A stretch of 63,204 bases of DNA, counting the filler, from Octopus bimaculoides (lineage: Eukaryota), in the NCBI RefSeq assembly GCF_001194135.2. It is 5 parts of 5 records of this genome, joined end to end, with 100 filler letters (N's around TTAATTAATTAA, not from the genome) between each part and the next. Parts side by side here need not be neighbours in the genome. Positions count along the whole stretch, not along the records: positions 8,370 to 16,894 come from NC_068982.1; positions 16,995 to 36,724 come from NC_068983.1; 3 more parts are not named here. One strand, written 5' to 3'. A model generated the notes under the pieces. That model worked only from the letters and a program-made list of their open reading frames with translations. It was not told the DNA's origin and ran no database searches. The translations under genes and the position numbers were made by a program. Below are positions 9,943 through 22,522 of the stretch, piece by piece; the stretch's first letter is position 1; each line of letters begins with the position of its first letter.

Positions 9943-12551
9943 CACTGGTCAACAATTTCTGAAAAATTGTGAGCTTCTTAAATGAGATTAGTTTATTATT
10001 ATGTATTTTTATGCACAGAATCCAAATATCACCTTGTTAAACGCTTATTGGCTATTGATTAAAAGATAAGCGGCATGTAATATTTGATTATTTTATTAGA
10101 ACGTACAGTATGTGTCATTATATGTTTTAAGCTCTAAACCATATTGTTATATGTTCATATCTATGTGAATGCGTAGGTATACGTATATATGAATACATCT
10201 TCACTAGTAGTACTATTTTGTTAAGCGCATCTACTAAGCAGTATGAACTGTGTTTAAGGCAGATACGCACAGCGTGTATCACTCCGCTATAGACACGGTT
10301 TGTAAACATGTCAAATAAAGTAAACACGTAGAAACATAACAATGCCTTCAGTGAGTTGTTTATTATCCCACAAAGAACAAAAGAATACATAACACATATC
10401 TACTCTTCTTTTTTGCTTGACGCTTAAAGTAGGCTGATGAATCATCTCTTGCCAATGTCCAGTAATAGTCTGCAAGCATTGTTGTGTTCCATTTACCCTA
10501 GTACCGCTTTTCCATGGTTGAAATATCTTGGGGAAACCTTTCATAATGTTCGTTACTAACTGTCCTACAGCTCGCCGGAAAATGTCTAAATGTGAGTCCA
10601 AAAAGTGGATTTTAAGTGACATGTTACAATCCATGTCCTTGTAAGCCTTGATGAGTTTTTCCATCAATTCTTTATAGTTCCCTTCCCTTCTGTTGCCGAG
10701 AAATCTCTTCGCCACTAGCTTGAATGGTTCACAAGCAGCTTTCTTCTTCCTGTGAAGGGCTGATTCAAAGTCATCATCTTTAAGAAGCTCTCGAATCTGA
10801 GGATCAATGAAAATTCCCCCTTTTATCTTAGCGTCGCTCAGTGTGGGGAATTTTGATGTTAAATACTTGAATCTCTGACCAAGTTTCTCCATAGCTTTTA
10901 CAAAGTTTTTCATGAGCCTCAGTTTTATGTGTAATAGTGGTAGCAAAATTTTGTTTGGTTCAGTGAGAGGTGGATGTTGAACATTTTTCATCCCAGGCTC
11001 CAATGACTGACGAAGTGGCCAGTCTCTCCTGGTATAGTGGGAACCTCTTGTGCGGTTGTCCCATTCACACAGAAAGCAGCAGTACTTGGTGTATCCACCC
11101 TGCAAGCCCATCACAAAAGCAACAACCTTTAAGTCACCACAGAGCTGCCATTGATGTTCATCATATCTTATGCATTGCAATATATTCATGTGTGGTGCAT
11201 AGTCCACAGGAACTGATGGTTCGCCATTGCCGTTATGCGGCAAGACACCTTTCAGACTCGTTTTGATGAATCTATGAACATCCCCCAGTGTCTGGTGCTT
11301 CCATCAGACCATTAATATTGTTGCAGGTCACTAAATCGCCGTTCATTACGAAGAAATCATTGAACTGCTGCTGACAGTCGCGAAATTTTGAAATTTTCAC
11401 ATCAACTGCTAGGAGATACCACTGTTGAAGACGAGAGTCTAGCAGCTCTGCCTTATTCATGGGTTGTTGTAGATCCCTGACAAGGTCATGGAGTTCCCAT
11501 TGTGTTATGAGATGTGGCCTAGAAAAGTGTGCTTCATCAAAATTTGGGTCACTCTGTAATCTTTTTCTGCTTCCTCATCACCACTTTCCTAATCTGACTC
11601 AAAGGATACCGAAGTTGGTGCATCAGGAACAGGTCGTCCTTTTCTGCTTCCTCCTCACCACTTTCGAAGGATACCGAAGTTGGTGCATCAAGAACAGGTG
11701 GACCTTCTCCATGTAGAACTGGGCGAATAGCTGATGGAATGTTTGGATATTCAATAGACTCCTTTTTTTTCTTTGACAAGCTCTTTTGTACTGCAGAAGT
11801 AACAATTGTCGGTATGGTCTGGTGGCTCCCGCCACGTCATTGTCACAGCAAAAGGTATTATTTTTCTCTTCCTATTCAACCATTGGTGACGGTTAACAGC
11901 ACAAGTGTTGCAGCATATGTGAGGAGCCCAGTTCTTATTCTGGTTACCAATCTTGCATCCAAAATATAGGTGATATGCCTTTCTAACTATAGCAGTTATA
12001 CAGCGCTTCTGTGATGCAAAGGTCGCCCTACCACAAATGTAGCAGAAGTTTTCTGCCTTATTCACACAAGTACGAGGCATCTGAAAGAAGAAAACAACAA
12101 ACAATTAGAAGATAAACAGAAAATTTATTCTTAAATTTATCATTATCACACAAAGCATGACAGCTTAGCAGGATTATTTATATTATTCAGTAAGAGAATG
12201 AAATTAATATAAATGTCTTACATGCATATCAAAAGCTTGCTTGATGAATATTTATTATAAGTTTTAAAAAGTGTTTGACTAGGAAAATCACCTACCTTTC
12301 AACTCAAAGTGTAAACTTGCACAGCACAACCACCTTCTATTACTGCTGGAACGATACTGAAAGGCAGTGAGACTGTGAGTGTGGTAAGAAACACACAGCC
12401 GCAAGCGTGTTGGAACCTGTTGTGACACTTAGGTGTATCTTGAAAAGCGGAGCTAACAAACGAATTTAACCATGATATTCATTATCAGCGACCTAAAATT
12501 TGGTGTAGATTTCTACTCTGGTCTCTGAAGCATATTTGTTGTTGACCAGTG
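9943..12551 (-). mobile_element. Chapaev3-like (CMC superfamily) DNA transposon, full length, decayed transposase
   Basis: 13-bp perfect TIR CACTGGTCAACAA at 9943-9955 and 12539-12551; TAA TSD at 9940-9942 and 12552-12554. Confidence 0.85.
10311..12080 (-). pseudogene. Chapaev3-like transposase pseudogene (several frameshifts/stops, internal duplication about 11561-11704)
   Basis: ORF pieces MPRTCVNKAENFCYICG..WAPHICC..WREPPDHTDNCYFC, YPNIPSAIRPV, KAELLDSRLQQW, GDLKVV..GLQGGYTKYCCFLCEWD, LHIKLRLMKNFVKAM, MSLKIHFLDSHLD; ATG 12080 preceded by an acceptor-like ttcttctttcag. Confidence 0.85.
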
Positions 12552-14060
12552 TAATCAGCTGAAAGATGAGTACTTTTTGTTTTCTATTGAAGCAACAACC
12601 GCAGTACATGACATTATTCATATGCAATCAACCTCCTTGACAAAGTATGGAATATTGTGAAAAAGGCTAGGATCACTGCCAATCTGGTTTTGTTTCATAG
12701 GCAAAAAAGAAAGCTCCTTTGCTTACTTGTGCGCATTGCTCTATTCCCTGATAAGTTATCACAACCCAAAATTCTTCCTGGCATGTTTGAAGACGAAAAG
12801 ATCTGTGTTATATGAGGAATCAGTTTTGGAAATGGTCGAACACTTTACTCCCGTTTGTTCAGAGAGATATGTGAAGAATTTAGCTCTGAATAAGTTGAAC
12901 TGTTTTTACGAAATGGGATGAGATGCTTGCCTCGCGACAAGATTTTGGACCTACAATCAGAAATAGCATATTTTATTTCTTAAAAGCACCCTAAAATCAT
13001 TCCTTCTGTGACGACAAGTTCACTCGCCTATGCTATGTTTACCAGTTTAAGCCAATTTCTTCAATGTAGCAAGATTGAATGCCTGGGGATCGAAATTAAT
13101 GAACAACTGCTCATACTTTAGATGTCAATGACAAATATTTTCCGGAGCGTCAGTCGTTACAGGAGAAACACCACATAGATAAAGCAACCGAAGATGCTAT
13201 TTTTGATACCGGCACTGCAACAGACGAATTCATGAAAGTGAGAAATGTTTCCGTGACTCTTAGCACATTTGATATTGTTGAGGCATTGCATCTTTCTAGC
13301 ATCAACAGAAACAATGAGAGACTCAAATCAGTCTATCGATATGCTTCTTCCATTTCCCACTCAGTATATGGACTTGGGTTCAATATACTACATCGTGTTG
13401 GAAACTAGAAATTGACTTATCCTGAGCGTAGATATGACTCTCAACCATACAACCAAAATCAGATACTGACAAAACAATTTCATCCATGCCACTAAGATTC
13501 AGTCTATAACAGCATGGTGGAGCAAGTGCTGAATCATGCTAGAACTGTGCCCTTGTGTTTTGTATAAAACATCATTTTACATTTGTACTCAATAATTTTC
13601 TGAATTTTTTCCCCTAAACAACTGTGGTTCTTTGTACCTCCTTCTTTGGAAATATGCTCATGTTATATACCAATCTATAACAATTCGAATTCAAATTCAA
13701 CTAACTTCACTTCATCCAACCACAAGAATTATTTACGAAAAGACTAGTTAATATAATTTCATAGTTATATAATATTTATTACTGGGGGCTGGTTGAGACA
13801 ACTGTTTTAAATTATTTCTTTTTTTCGCTATTCCTCAAATGGTTATGACAATAATCAATCTCTTGCACTCATTTTCTACAGTTTATTTAATACAGGAACT
13901 GTATGGTTATAATTCAGAACATAAAATTTGAACTATATTTTATGAAAATCGAAGCACTATCAAATTTTTAAATATTTTAGAAACATAAATGTTTTATTGA
14001 TAACCTCAGATATTTAATATTCTTGGAGTGTTAGATACAGCTAATGAAAATTTATCATTA

Positions 14061-14068
14061 TGACGTCA
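14061..14068. promoter_or_regulatory. Palindromic CRE-like site TGACGTCA, about 250 bp upstream of the phosphorylase ATG
   Basis: Exact consensus match; function inferred only from position. Confidence 0.25.
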
Positions 14069-14314
14069 TAAAGAAATTGAAAACCCTCCCACTTTCATTT
14101 ATATGTTAGAACATAAAATACATTAAAAGAAGAGGAATCGGAAGCTAGCCAGTTCTACCAGTAATTCTTTCGTTTATCAATCTCTACGGTATTTGTTTTG
14201 ACTTATCACTTACATATAGACATATATTTATGCTTTATGTGTTGTGTGAAGAACGTATGCGAAGGCATATAAATCCAAAATTGTAAAATAATACTTCAAC
14301 AATCGGTTATAAAC

Positions 14315-16822
14315 ATGGATGAGAGTGCTGTTATGAAAAGACGTATTACGATTCGTGGCATTATAGAGAAAGATACTGTTGAGAATATAAAGAAAGCTTT
14401 CAACCGCCACATCCATTTCACTTTAATGAGAGATAGAAATGTGGCGACCCCAAGAGATTATTATTTTGCTCTGGCGCTGACAATAAAAGACCAGTTGATT
14501 GGGCGTTGGATTCGAACACAGCAATACTATTACGATGTTGATCCAAAACGCGTTTATTATATTTCTATGGAATTTTACATGGGGAAGTTTTTGAAAAATG
14601 CCTTGATTTGTTTGAATAGTCTAGCGAATTATGAAGAAGCGATGAAGCAGTTAAACCTAGATTTGAACAGTTTACTTGAACAAGAAGAAGAAGCAGGTTT
14701 AGGAAATGGTGGTCTTGGAAGATTAGCAGCTTGCTTTTTAGATTCCATGGCTACAGTGGGTATCGCTGGTTATGGATATGGAATTCGGTACAATTATGGT
14801 ATATTTAAACAGTACATGGAAAATGGATGGCAGTGTGAATCAGCCGACGAATGGCTTCTGTACGAAAATCCATGGGAAAAACAAAGACCGGAACACAAAG
14901 TAGATGTAAATTTTGGAGGTCGCGTTGAATTGATTGATGAACGATTTCAGTGGGTTGACACCTACAAAGTAATTGCAACGCCATATGACTACCCAGTTTC
15001 CGGTTTTGCAAATAATAAAGTAAACACACTTAGACTTTGGTCAGCTAAAGCACCACATAATTTCCAATTGCAATTTTTCAATAATGGTGATTATATAAGA
15101 GCTGTTTTAGATAGAAATTCGGCAGAAAATATCTCCTGTGTCCTGTACCCCAATGATGCTTTCTTTGAAGGTCAAGAATTGCGACTCAAGCAAGAGTATT
15201 TCCTAGTAGCAGCAACTTTACATGATGTTATACGAAGATTCAAAGCTGACATTTATGGACGTAGTAAAAAAGGAAAAGCAATGTTTTTTAACCTACCAAA
15301 GAAAGTTGCAATTCAGTTGAATGACACCCATCCTGCATTGGCAATACCAGAGTTAATGAGAATTCTTGTAGATGAAGAATACATTGACTGGGACGCTGCA
15401 TGGAGCATTTCCTGTCAGACATTTGCTTATACAAATCACACATTAATGTCAGAAGCACTTGAACGGTGGCCTGTTACCATATTCGAAACATTACTTCCGA
15501 GACATTTGCAACTTATTTATCATATCAACCATTTACATTTAGAAAAAGTTGCTAGAGAATATCCCAACGATCCTGATCGCATTCGGCGAATGTCCGTATT
15601 CGAGGAATACCCTTATAAGAAAATAAACATGGCGTACCTTTGTATCGTCGGTTCACATGCAGTTAATGGTGTTGCACATCTTCACTCGGAACTGATAAAA
15701 TCAGGTCTTTTCAAAGATTTCTATGAAATGTCACCCGAAAAGTTTCAAAATAAAACAAATGGAATATCCCCAAGACGATGGATTCTCCAGTGTAATACTG
15801 CACTAGCGGATGCACTTGTGGACAAAATTAGTAATCAGTGGGTAACTAATTTATCAAAATTAAGGGAAATTGAATCATTTATTTATGATCAAGACTTTGT
15901 AAGAACTATAATGTCAATAAAACGAGAAAATAAAAGAAGACTCGCCCAGTATATTAAAGATCACTATGACAAAACTATAAATGAAGATTCCTTGTTTGAC
16001 GTTCATGTCAAAAGGATCCATGAATATAAACGCCAATTATTGAACTGTTTGCATGTAATTACCAAATACTGTCGTATTAAATACGAAAAACAAAATGTGG
16101 TGCCTCGAACAGTTATAATTGGAGGTAAAGCAGCACCAGGATATAAAATGGCCAAACTCATAATAAAGTTCATTAACAATGTTTCTCTTGTCATCAACGA
16201 TGATCCTGACATAGGAGATCAACTTAAAGTAATCTTCCTGGAAAATTATTGTGTATCTTTAGCAGAACTAGTAATTCCAGCTGCTGAGCTAAGTCAACAA
16301 ATTTCAACAGCTGGCACAGAAGCTTCGGGAACAGGCAACATGAAATTTATGGCTAACGGGGCTTTAACAATTGGCACACTGGATGGAGCTAATATTGAGA
16401 TGGCAGAAGAAGTAGGGCAAGAAAATATGTTTATTTTTGGACATTGTGTTGATGAAGTAAATAGAATCAAAGAATCAGGATATGATCCATCAGAATATTA
16501 TCATGGATCAGATGAATTGAAAAGAGCATTAGATTTAATCAAAGATGGCTATTTTAGCCCGGAAGACTCTAGCTTGTTTACAGATATATTTAACAATTTG
16601 TTTTATAGCGACGAATATTTACTGTTAGCTGACTTCCAGTCATATATGGAGGCACAGGATCAAGTAGAACAACTTTACAGAAGGCCCGAAGAATGGACCA
16701 GAAAATCAATCCTAAATATTTCTGCTTGTGGGAAATTTTCAAGTGACAGAACAATACGAGAGTACTCCAGAGACATTTGGAATGCAGAACTATCAGAAAC
16801 TCTTCTTCGTCCAAACCTCTAG
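14315..16822 (+). CDS. PYG: Glycogen phosphorylase (GT35), single-exon CDS, 835 aa
   Basis: Uninterrupted ORF with [53 protein letters not shown]-site [34 protein letters not shown]; co-linear with animal phosphorylases end to end. Confidence 0.98.
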   Translation: MDESAVMKRRITIRGIIEKDTVENIKKAFNRHIHFTLMRDRNVATPRDYYFALALTIKDQLIGRWIRTQQYYYDVDPKRVYYISMEFYMGKFLKNALICLNSLANYEEAMKQLNLDLNSLLEQEEEAGLGNGGLGRLAACFLDSMATVGIAGYGYGIRYNYGIFKQYMENGWQCESADEWLLYENPWEKQRPEHKVDVNFGGRVELIDERFQWVDTYKVIATPYDYPVSGFANNKVNTLRLWSAKAPHNFQLQFFNNGDYIRAVLDRNSAENISCVLYPNDAFFEGQELRLKQEYFLVAATLHDVIRRFKADIYGRSKKGKAMFFNLPKKVAIQLNDTHPALAIPELMRILVDEEYIDWDAAWSISCQTFAYTNHTLMSEALERWPVTIFETLLPRHLQLIYHINHLHLEKVAREYPNDPDRIRRMSVFEEYPYKKINMAYLCIVGSHAVNGVAHLHSELIKSGLFKDFYEMSPEKFQNKTNGISPRRWILQCNTALADALVDKISNQWVTNLSKLREIESFIYDQDFVRTIMSIKRENKRRLAQYIKDHYDKTINEDSLFDVHVKRIHEYKRQLLNCLHVITKYCRIKYEKQNVVPRTVIIGGKAAPGYKMAKLIIKFINNVSLVINDDPDIGDQLKVIFLENYCVSLAELVIPAAELSQQISTAGTEASGTGNMKFMANGALTIGTLDGANIEMAEEVGQENMFIFGHCVDEVNRIKESGYDPSEYYHGSDELKRALDLIKDGYFSPEDSSLFTDIFNNLFYSDEYLLLADFQSYMEAQDQVEQLYRRPEEWTRKSILNISACGKFSSDRTIREYSRDIWNAELSETLLRPNL

Positions 16823-17557
16823 ATATTTGTAATCAATAACTTCCATTTATGATTATCTTTATTTCAAAATTATTCTCAAATTAGAAAGTACTATNNNNNN
16901 NNNNNNNNNNNNNNNNNNNNNNNNNNNNNNNNNNNNNNTTAATTAATTAANNNNNNNNNNNNNNNNNNNNNNNNNNNNNNNNNNNNNNNNNNNNGTGTAT
17001 TATCATTTTTTCAAGAGTGACGTAATCTACCCGAAAGAGGACTGATGTTTTTTTTGTAGATAATGTCTTGGCTCCAGGTTAATTAAGTTTGTTTTTGTTT
17101 GATTGTAATATCTATTTCTTTTTCAAAACATTTTCAGTGTCTATAAGATAACTGCATTGGAAAAAGGAAAAATAGAGAGACAAAACAAACGAAGGGAATT
17201 TTCTGCATATCATAACCCGCCTGAATATGACAAATGACTTCTACTTTGAATAAAGGGAGGCAACTGATATCCATGGTTAAGTAGGTAAACTGATCTCAAC
17301 AGAAAAAAGAAAATGAATGTGAACGAAATTAAGTTAGAAAGGAAAATAAGGAAGCATTCGTTAATAAGAATAAATATTCAACGAAGCGATAAAATATGTC
17401 GTTTACATTTAATATCTTTCTATTGTAGAGCACTAGTAACCGGACATATAGACGCTAAAACTATTTTGCTTGATGTGTCATTTCAAACGCGCAGGTAGAT
17501 GTTGAGGACGTAGTTGCTGTAATGGAATATCTCGTTTTGCATCTTCTTATCTTTTAT

Positions 17558-17935
17558 ATTTTACTTGTTTTATTCATTAGACGGCGGCCATTCTGTAGCG
17601 TCGCCTTGAAGACAGTTTAGTTCTTAATTTTTGAAGCTTGGTTCTTATTCTGTCGCTTCTTTTTGCAGAACCATTCAGTTACGGAAACGTAATTGCACCA
17701 ACACCGGTTGTGAAGCGGAGTGGGGGAGGTAAACGCAGACACAAAGACACCCACACAGATATATACATATATACGTCGGGATTCTTTCAGTTTCCATCTA
17801 CCAAATTCAGTCACAGGGCTCTAAACAGCATGCGACTATATGAGAAGATAATTGCCCAAGCTACTGCACAGTGAGATTTAGCCCAGAGCCTTATGGTTGA
17901 GAAATAAATTTCTTACCACACAGACACGGTTGCCC
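17558..17935 (-). mobile_element. SINE family A, degenerate near full length
   Basis: Reverse-complement similarity to 6021-6420. Confidence 0.75.
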
Positions 17936-18154
17936 CTGTAGACACTTACCCATAGTGCCACGTAGCGCATTACTCTCACGAAGTTAGTGCCATATGGGGA
18001 CAAAGAAAACACATTTAGGATCTTACTTCAAAACAAATTTCCGTGTAATAAAGAAATTTTGAAATAAATTTTGCAACAAAAGCTTTGCAAAATGTCGGTT
18101 CCAAACGTTGGGAACTCCTTCAAAATTGTTTGATGCGCTTATCCTTTAGTACTG

Positions 18155-18265
18155 AAGGCAGTGCCTGTGTGGTATGAAGTTTGCTTCCCAACCAGAAGTC
18201 TCTGGGTTCAATCTCACTGTGTAGAAGCATGGGCAATTGTCTTCTCATATAGCTACATGTTGTCC
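18155..18265 (+). mobile_element. SINE family A, 5' part
   Basis: gtgtggtatgaagtttgcttcccaacc..gggcaattgtcttct. Confidence 0.7.
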
Positions 18266-21200
18266 ATTGCCCTTCAAGCCACGTAGCTCGACTCTGCAAA
18301 TCATTCTACAATGATGTCCTTAATTACATGCACAATAGTGATACGGATATTAAGCTCGATCTGACATTTTTTTTCCATTTCCATTCATTTGCAACATTCA
18401 CAATAAGGCGAAAACCTATTAAACTATTTAGGTAAGCGTTCCTAAATATGGTGCGTCAGATATATTTCTAATATAAGATAGAAGTTCTCACAATATGGAA
18501 CGCTAAAAGAAATAACAGTGCAATGACCTAATCTGTTCATATATGTTACGTAATTTTGACGAATTGCTCACAGATATCACATGCAATTATATAATGGAAG
18601 TGCTAATTGTTTATATTTGTAATACAGAATTTCAAAATGAAAAACCCATTGCTCTTCGTTTATACGTCTTGCGGAAGAGGACAATATAAATAAGCATGTG
18701 CTTGATCATCTTCTTTCTCTGCAATTTCCAAATTCAATATAAAATCATGAACTCTTGTCAATGTGCAATGAGTTTCTGATTCATTGATATTTCGCTGCTT
18801 TCAATCTATATTCCTTGAAAACGCTATTATTTTCCATTATACCGAAAGAACACCTTAGGCACTTTTGGAAAATATGATGCCTCTAAAGAAAGAGATAAAC
18901 GATTTGCAGAGGAATAGAGATTTCTTTCAGATTTCAACCATACCTTTAATCTAGGTCTTATAGACACGTCAACATTGATGATTTAGTATGTATACAAGTC
19001 CATATAAACATTGATGCGCATCTAAGAAGTTAAAAACTTGAACAGAAAGATAGGAATATATAAACTTGAATGGCAAGGAATCATATTTATATGATTGCCA
19101 TGTATTATATCCTGATGCAATAGGTAGTTAAATATGCGGGTCACCAAAGTTTAAATACGTCTAGCCCCTGTCTAGTGTTCAAATATTACACTCCTGTTGA
19201 AAATGGTGGCGTAAAAGAAGAGCACTCAAAACCGACATTCCTGTTTGTCAGATTGTTTTCTTTTTTTCTTTTTTGAAGACCACGACTTCGATGTTACAAC
19301 ACCTAGAAACAGTAATGCGATGATACTTTAATTTAAAATATAAGAGTCACATCGAGAAAAGTACTTTGATATCACAGTGTTAATATAAATAAGGAAGCGA
19401 ATGCTAATGGTATTTTTCAACCATTATTCCTAATTTTAACAACCATCACCCTGTTTCAAATAAGAGAATCAACTCCTTAAGTAATGTAAAATCGGGCTGC
19501 AATTATTATAATTCTGACGATGAGAAAAAGTCGATGGCAGAATGAGGATTTTGCACAAACTTGTGAGCTATCTGTTTCTTTCGCAGAGCTAATAATGAAT
19601 AAACAGGATTAAAGATTTTGATTCTTTAGGACAACTTTTGCCGAAATTATGCCGAAATATCATTCGCGTTAGCGAAAATCAGATGTGCTATATAACTTTT
19701 GCAATAACAAACACAAATATGTACAAAATGACATTCAAGAAAGATGAATACATATTTTTATAAAGAAGAATGCTCGCATGTCTTGAAATCAGCACTCACA
19801 ATTATATATATTGCACAGTCCTCTATAAAATTCCAGTAGTGTGTTTGTTGACTTTTTGTGGAATATGATCGTCTAATTAAACTAGCTCACTAAATTAGAG
19901 ATGTTTCAATTTATTAGGGTAAAAATAAAATAGATATCATTTAGTGCAGAAAACCAGTGTATCTTAGTGTTTTAGGCATACTATATTAATATGTATATTT
20001 ATATAAAGAGGTAAAAGTGAATATGCTTTATTTTATCCTCGTGTACGGTACAATAAAAATTGAGCGACATTATGCAGTAATATGAAACGTTAAAATCCAA
20101 ATATTCCATATTAAGATATTACTTCGACTCTTCATGTATAATTTCTATCATTGCTAGAATATTTAATTTGCAGTCTTTTTGTACAGAGAACACATTTTAC
20201 ACTCACCCAAAATGAGAGAAGGAAGGAATAACAGGAAGGCTTTGGGTTATATATAGAGGCGCACATAATTGTAACAAATGAGATACAAATATTGCAATGA
20301 CTTACAAGTTAACTACTATTATTTGAGTGTTACATCATATTCAATACATCTGCAGATGACTTATATGATGTCATGTAAGTTATTTATATGGCATCTCTAA
20401 AGATATTAGAAGTATGAACTACGATAAAGAAATGTAAATGTCTAGAGGATTTCCATGTAAATATAATCAATTTATAGTCATAAGTGGAATTTATAGTGAA
20501 TGGTATGCAATTCTGAGGATCATTACAATACCCATACAAAATATGATAAAGCAAACAGAATTATTGCATGGCAATATCCACTAGATTGATACGGTGTAAT
20601 TCTATTTGACAAGGAAATAAATACTAGTGGTAATCTCGAAGAAGGCAAATATGATAAATGAATGTATGTAATTCATCTAAAACACGATGGTACTTTATTT
20701 GTATAGAGTGCTTACTTAATATGCCCTTACATTCAACGCACTAAGTATTCAATGTTTTTACATTAAATGCCTACTTATAGGGGCGCCACCAATATATTGT
20801 AGAGTTAGTGTGTTCGGTGAAATTTTGTTGCAAATGTTGACTTTAATAATTTTGGCTACATTTTCAATAGGAACGAATAAAGCTCAAGCTTTATTTATTA
20901 TTTCATATCTTGTATGTTTCAAATAACTATTATCTATTTGCTTGGCGTGGATTGATTCTCAGTGGTTATGTCTTTTGCCTGCCTCTTGGACAAATAGGTT
21001 TTATACCAGTAATGCACATGTTGCGATACATTGAGTCATTACAATGCCTCTCTTCTAAAACACAGCAAGCCAATAACTCCCTTAATTATGTTTATAAATG
21101 TATAAGGACTTTTAAATAAGTTCTCCACCGATAATGGTGTTTACATACCGAAGGGCTTGGTAAAAATTATTAATTGTTGATTTATTAATAAATTAATAAA

Positions 21201-21429
21201 TTGATAAACCTTTACCCTTTTAATCGTAATAATTATTCACTCACTGATAGTAAACCGCAAATTTTCTGCGGTATTGCTTGTGACGCACATGGTAATTTCT
21301 TGGGGAGGATATAGTGGACTGGGTGGCCGATGTAGGTTCGGTTATGCTTTCAGGTTGTGCCGATGCATGAAAGTTCACTCGTTCATGCATGCAGAGCTTT
21401 GCTAGCATAGTCGAATTTACTACTAGAAT

Positions 21430-21488
21430 ATCATACCGATGAAGGAAATTGAGTATTATCGCTCATAATCCAGAAACGCGTCTATGAT
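21430..21488 (+). ncRNA. Minimal type I hammerhead-like motif with GUC triplet (degenerate)
   Basis: AUCAUA-CCGAUGA-A-GGAAAUUGAG(uauuaucg)CUCAUAAUCC-A-GAAAC-GC-GUC-UAUGAU: perfect 6-bp stem I, ACGCGU stem III; U4->C. Confidence 0.6.
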
Positions 21489-21690
21489 TAACTTCGAATG
21501 GTTAGTTTTCATTTGTTTTTTCTTCTTGTTTTTGCCTTTGTGAGTTACAAGTAATGCTATCTGTTGGAGTCTCAGGCTTTTTTAGCTGCTATTTCTGAAC
21601 TTCGGTATGCGGTGAAGCAAATGTTTGCTGGTCCCTTAATTATGTTTATAAATATATATATATATANNNNNNNNNNNNNNNNNNNNNNNN

Positions 21691-22522
21691 AAACCGATAC
21701 ACACCAATATTTAAACTTCTATTCTTGTCACCCATCACACATCAAAAAAACATCCCATACAGCATGGCCAGACGCAACTGTGCTATAGTAAGTGACCCTA
21801 TAACGCGTGAAACCAGGCTCAACGAAATGAAAAGCTTCTTTACTATACAACAAATCCCCTTAGGCCTAATTAATGAAGGAATTAAAATGGCGATGGAACT
21901 GAATATCACCCAACTACGGACACCAAAGGAAGAAGTTAATGAAAACACGATTCCGTTCATTAACACATACAGTCCAGGAATAACTAACATATACCACGTC
22001 ATAAAATTGAACTTGCCTATACTCCTTCAAAGCCCTAAGATGAAAACTCTGATTGAAAAAAACACCTTACGGAATAGCAGACGCCAACCAAAAAACCTTA
22101 CAAAACACCTGACAAGAGCAGAATTCAGATCAGAGACTAAACCAGAATTCAAAGTAAAAGAATGTGGTGATAGGAGATGTGGAACGTGTAACAATACCAG
22201 CAACTACAACTACATAGAAAGTGGTTCCCACATAAAATTCAAGAACGGATCTAGTTTTGAAATAAATGCAGATATGAACTGCAAAACACAAAATCTCATA
22301 TACTGCATCACCTGTCCAAACTGTAAAGAAAATTACGTTGGCGAAACGAATAACTCACTCTGTCAACGTGCAAGAATTCACAGGCAACATATCCGACAAG
22401 AATGCGGAGACGGAAAGTTCAAAATCTTTCCCTTTTATAAATGTACACGGGACGATCCACAATACCGAAAGGCTATGGAACTACGCTTCATAAAAAATTT
22501 CTCCCCAAAGTTAAATGTTTGA
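21691..22522 (+). mobile_element. Penelope-like retroelement ORF 3' part (RT thumb, Cys-rich linker, GIY-YIG endonuclease), Neptune-type
   Basis: TDTHQYLNFYSCHPSHIKK/NIPYSMARR thumb (1-nt frameshift in an A run near 21745); CGDRRCGTC linker; NLIYCITCPNCKENYVGET..R..H GIY-YIG; stop at 22520-22522. Confidence 0.85.

Larger units (their letters stand above)
9730..13495 (+). mobile_element. Decayed hAT (Buster/Charlie-like) transposase relic, split by the Chapaev insertion
   Basis: Fragments NTIQCQIDDMAEDVE, FAFQLEESTDVSN, YIGDN|QLKDEY across the insertion, and C-terminal SIDMLLPFPTQY..GF..QFHP.H* resembling the hAT dimerisation domain. Confidence 0.7.
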
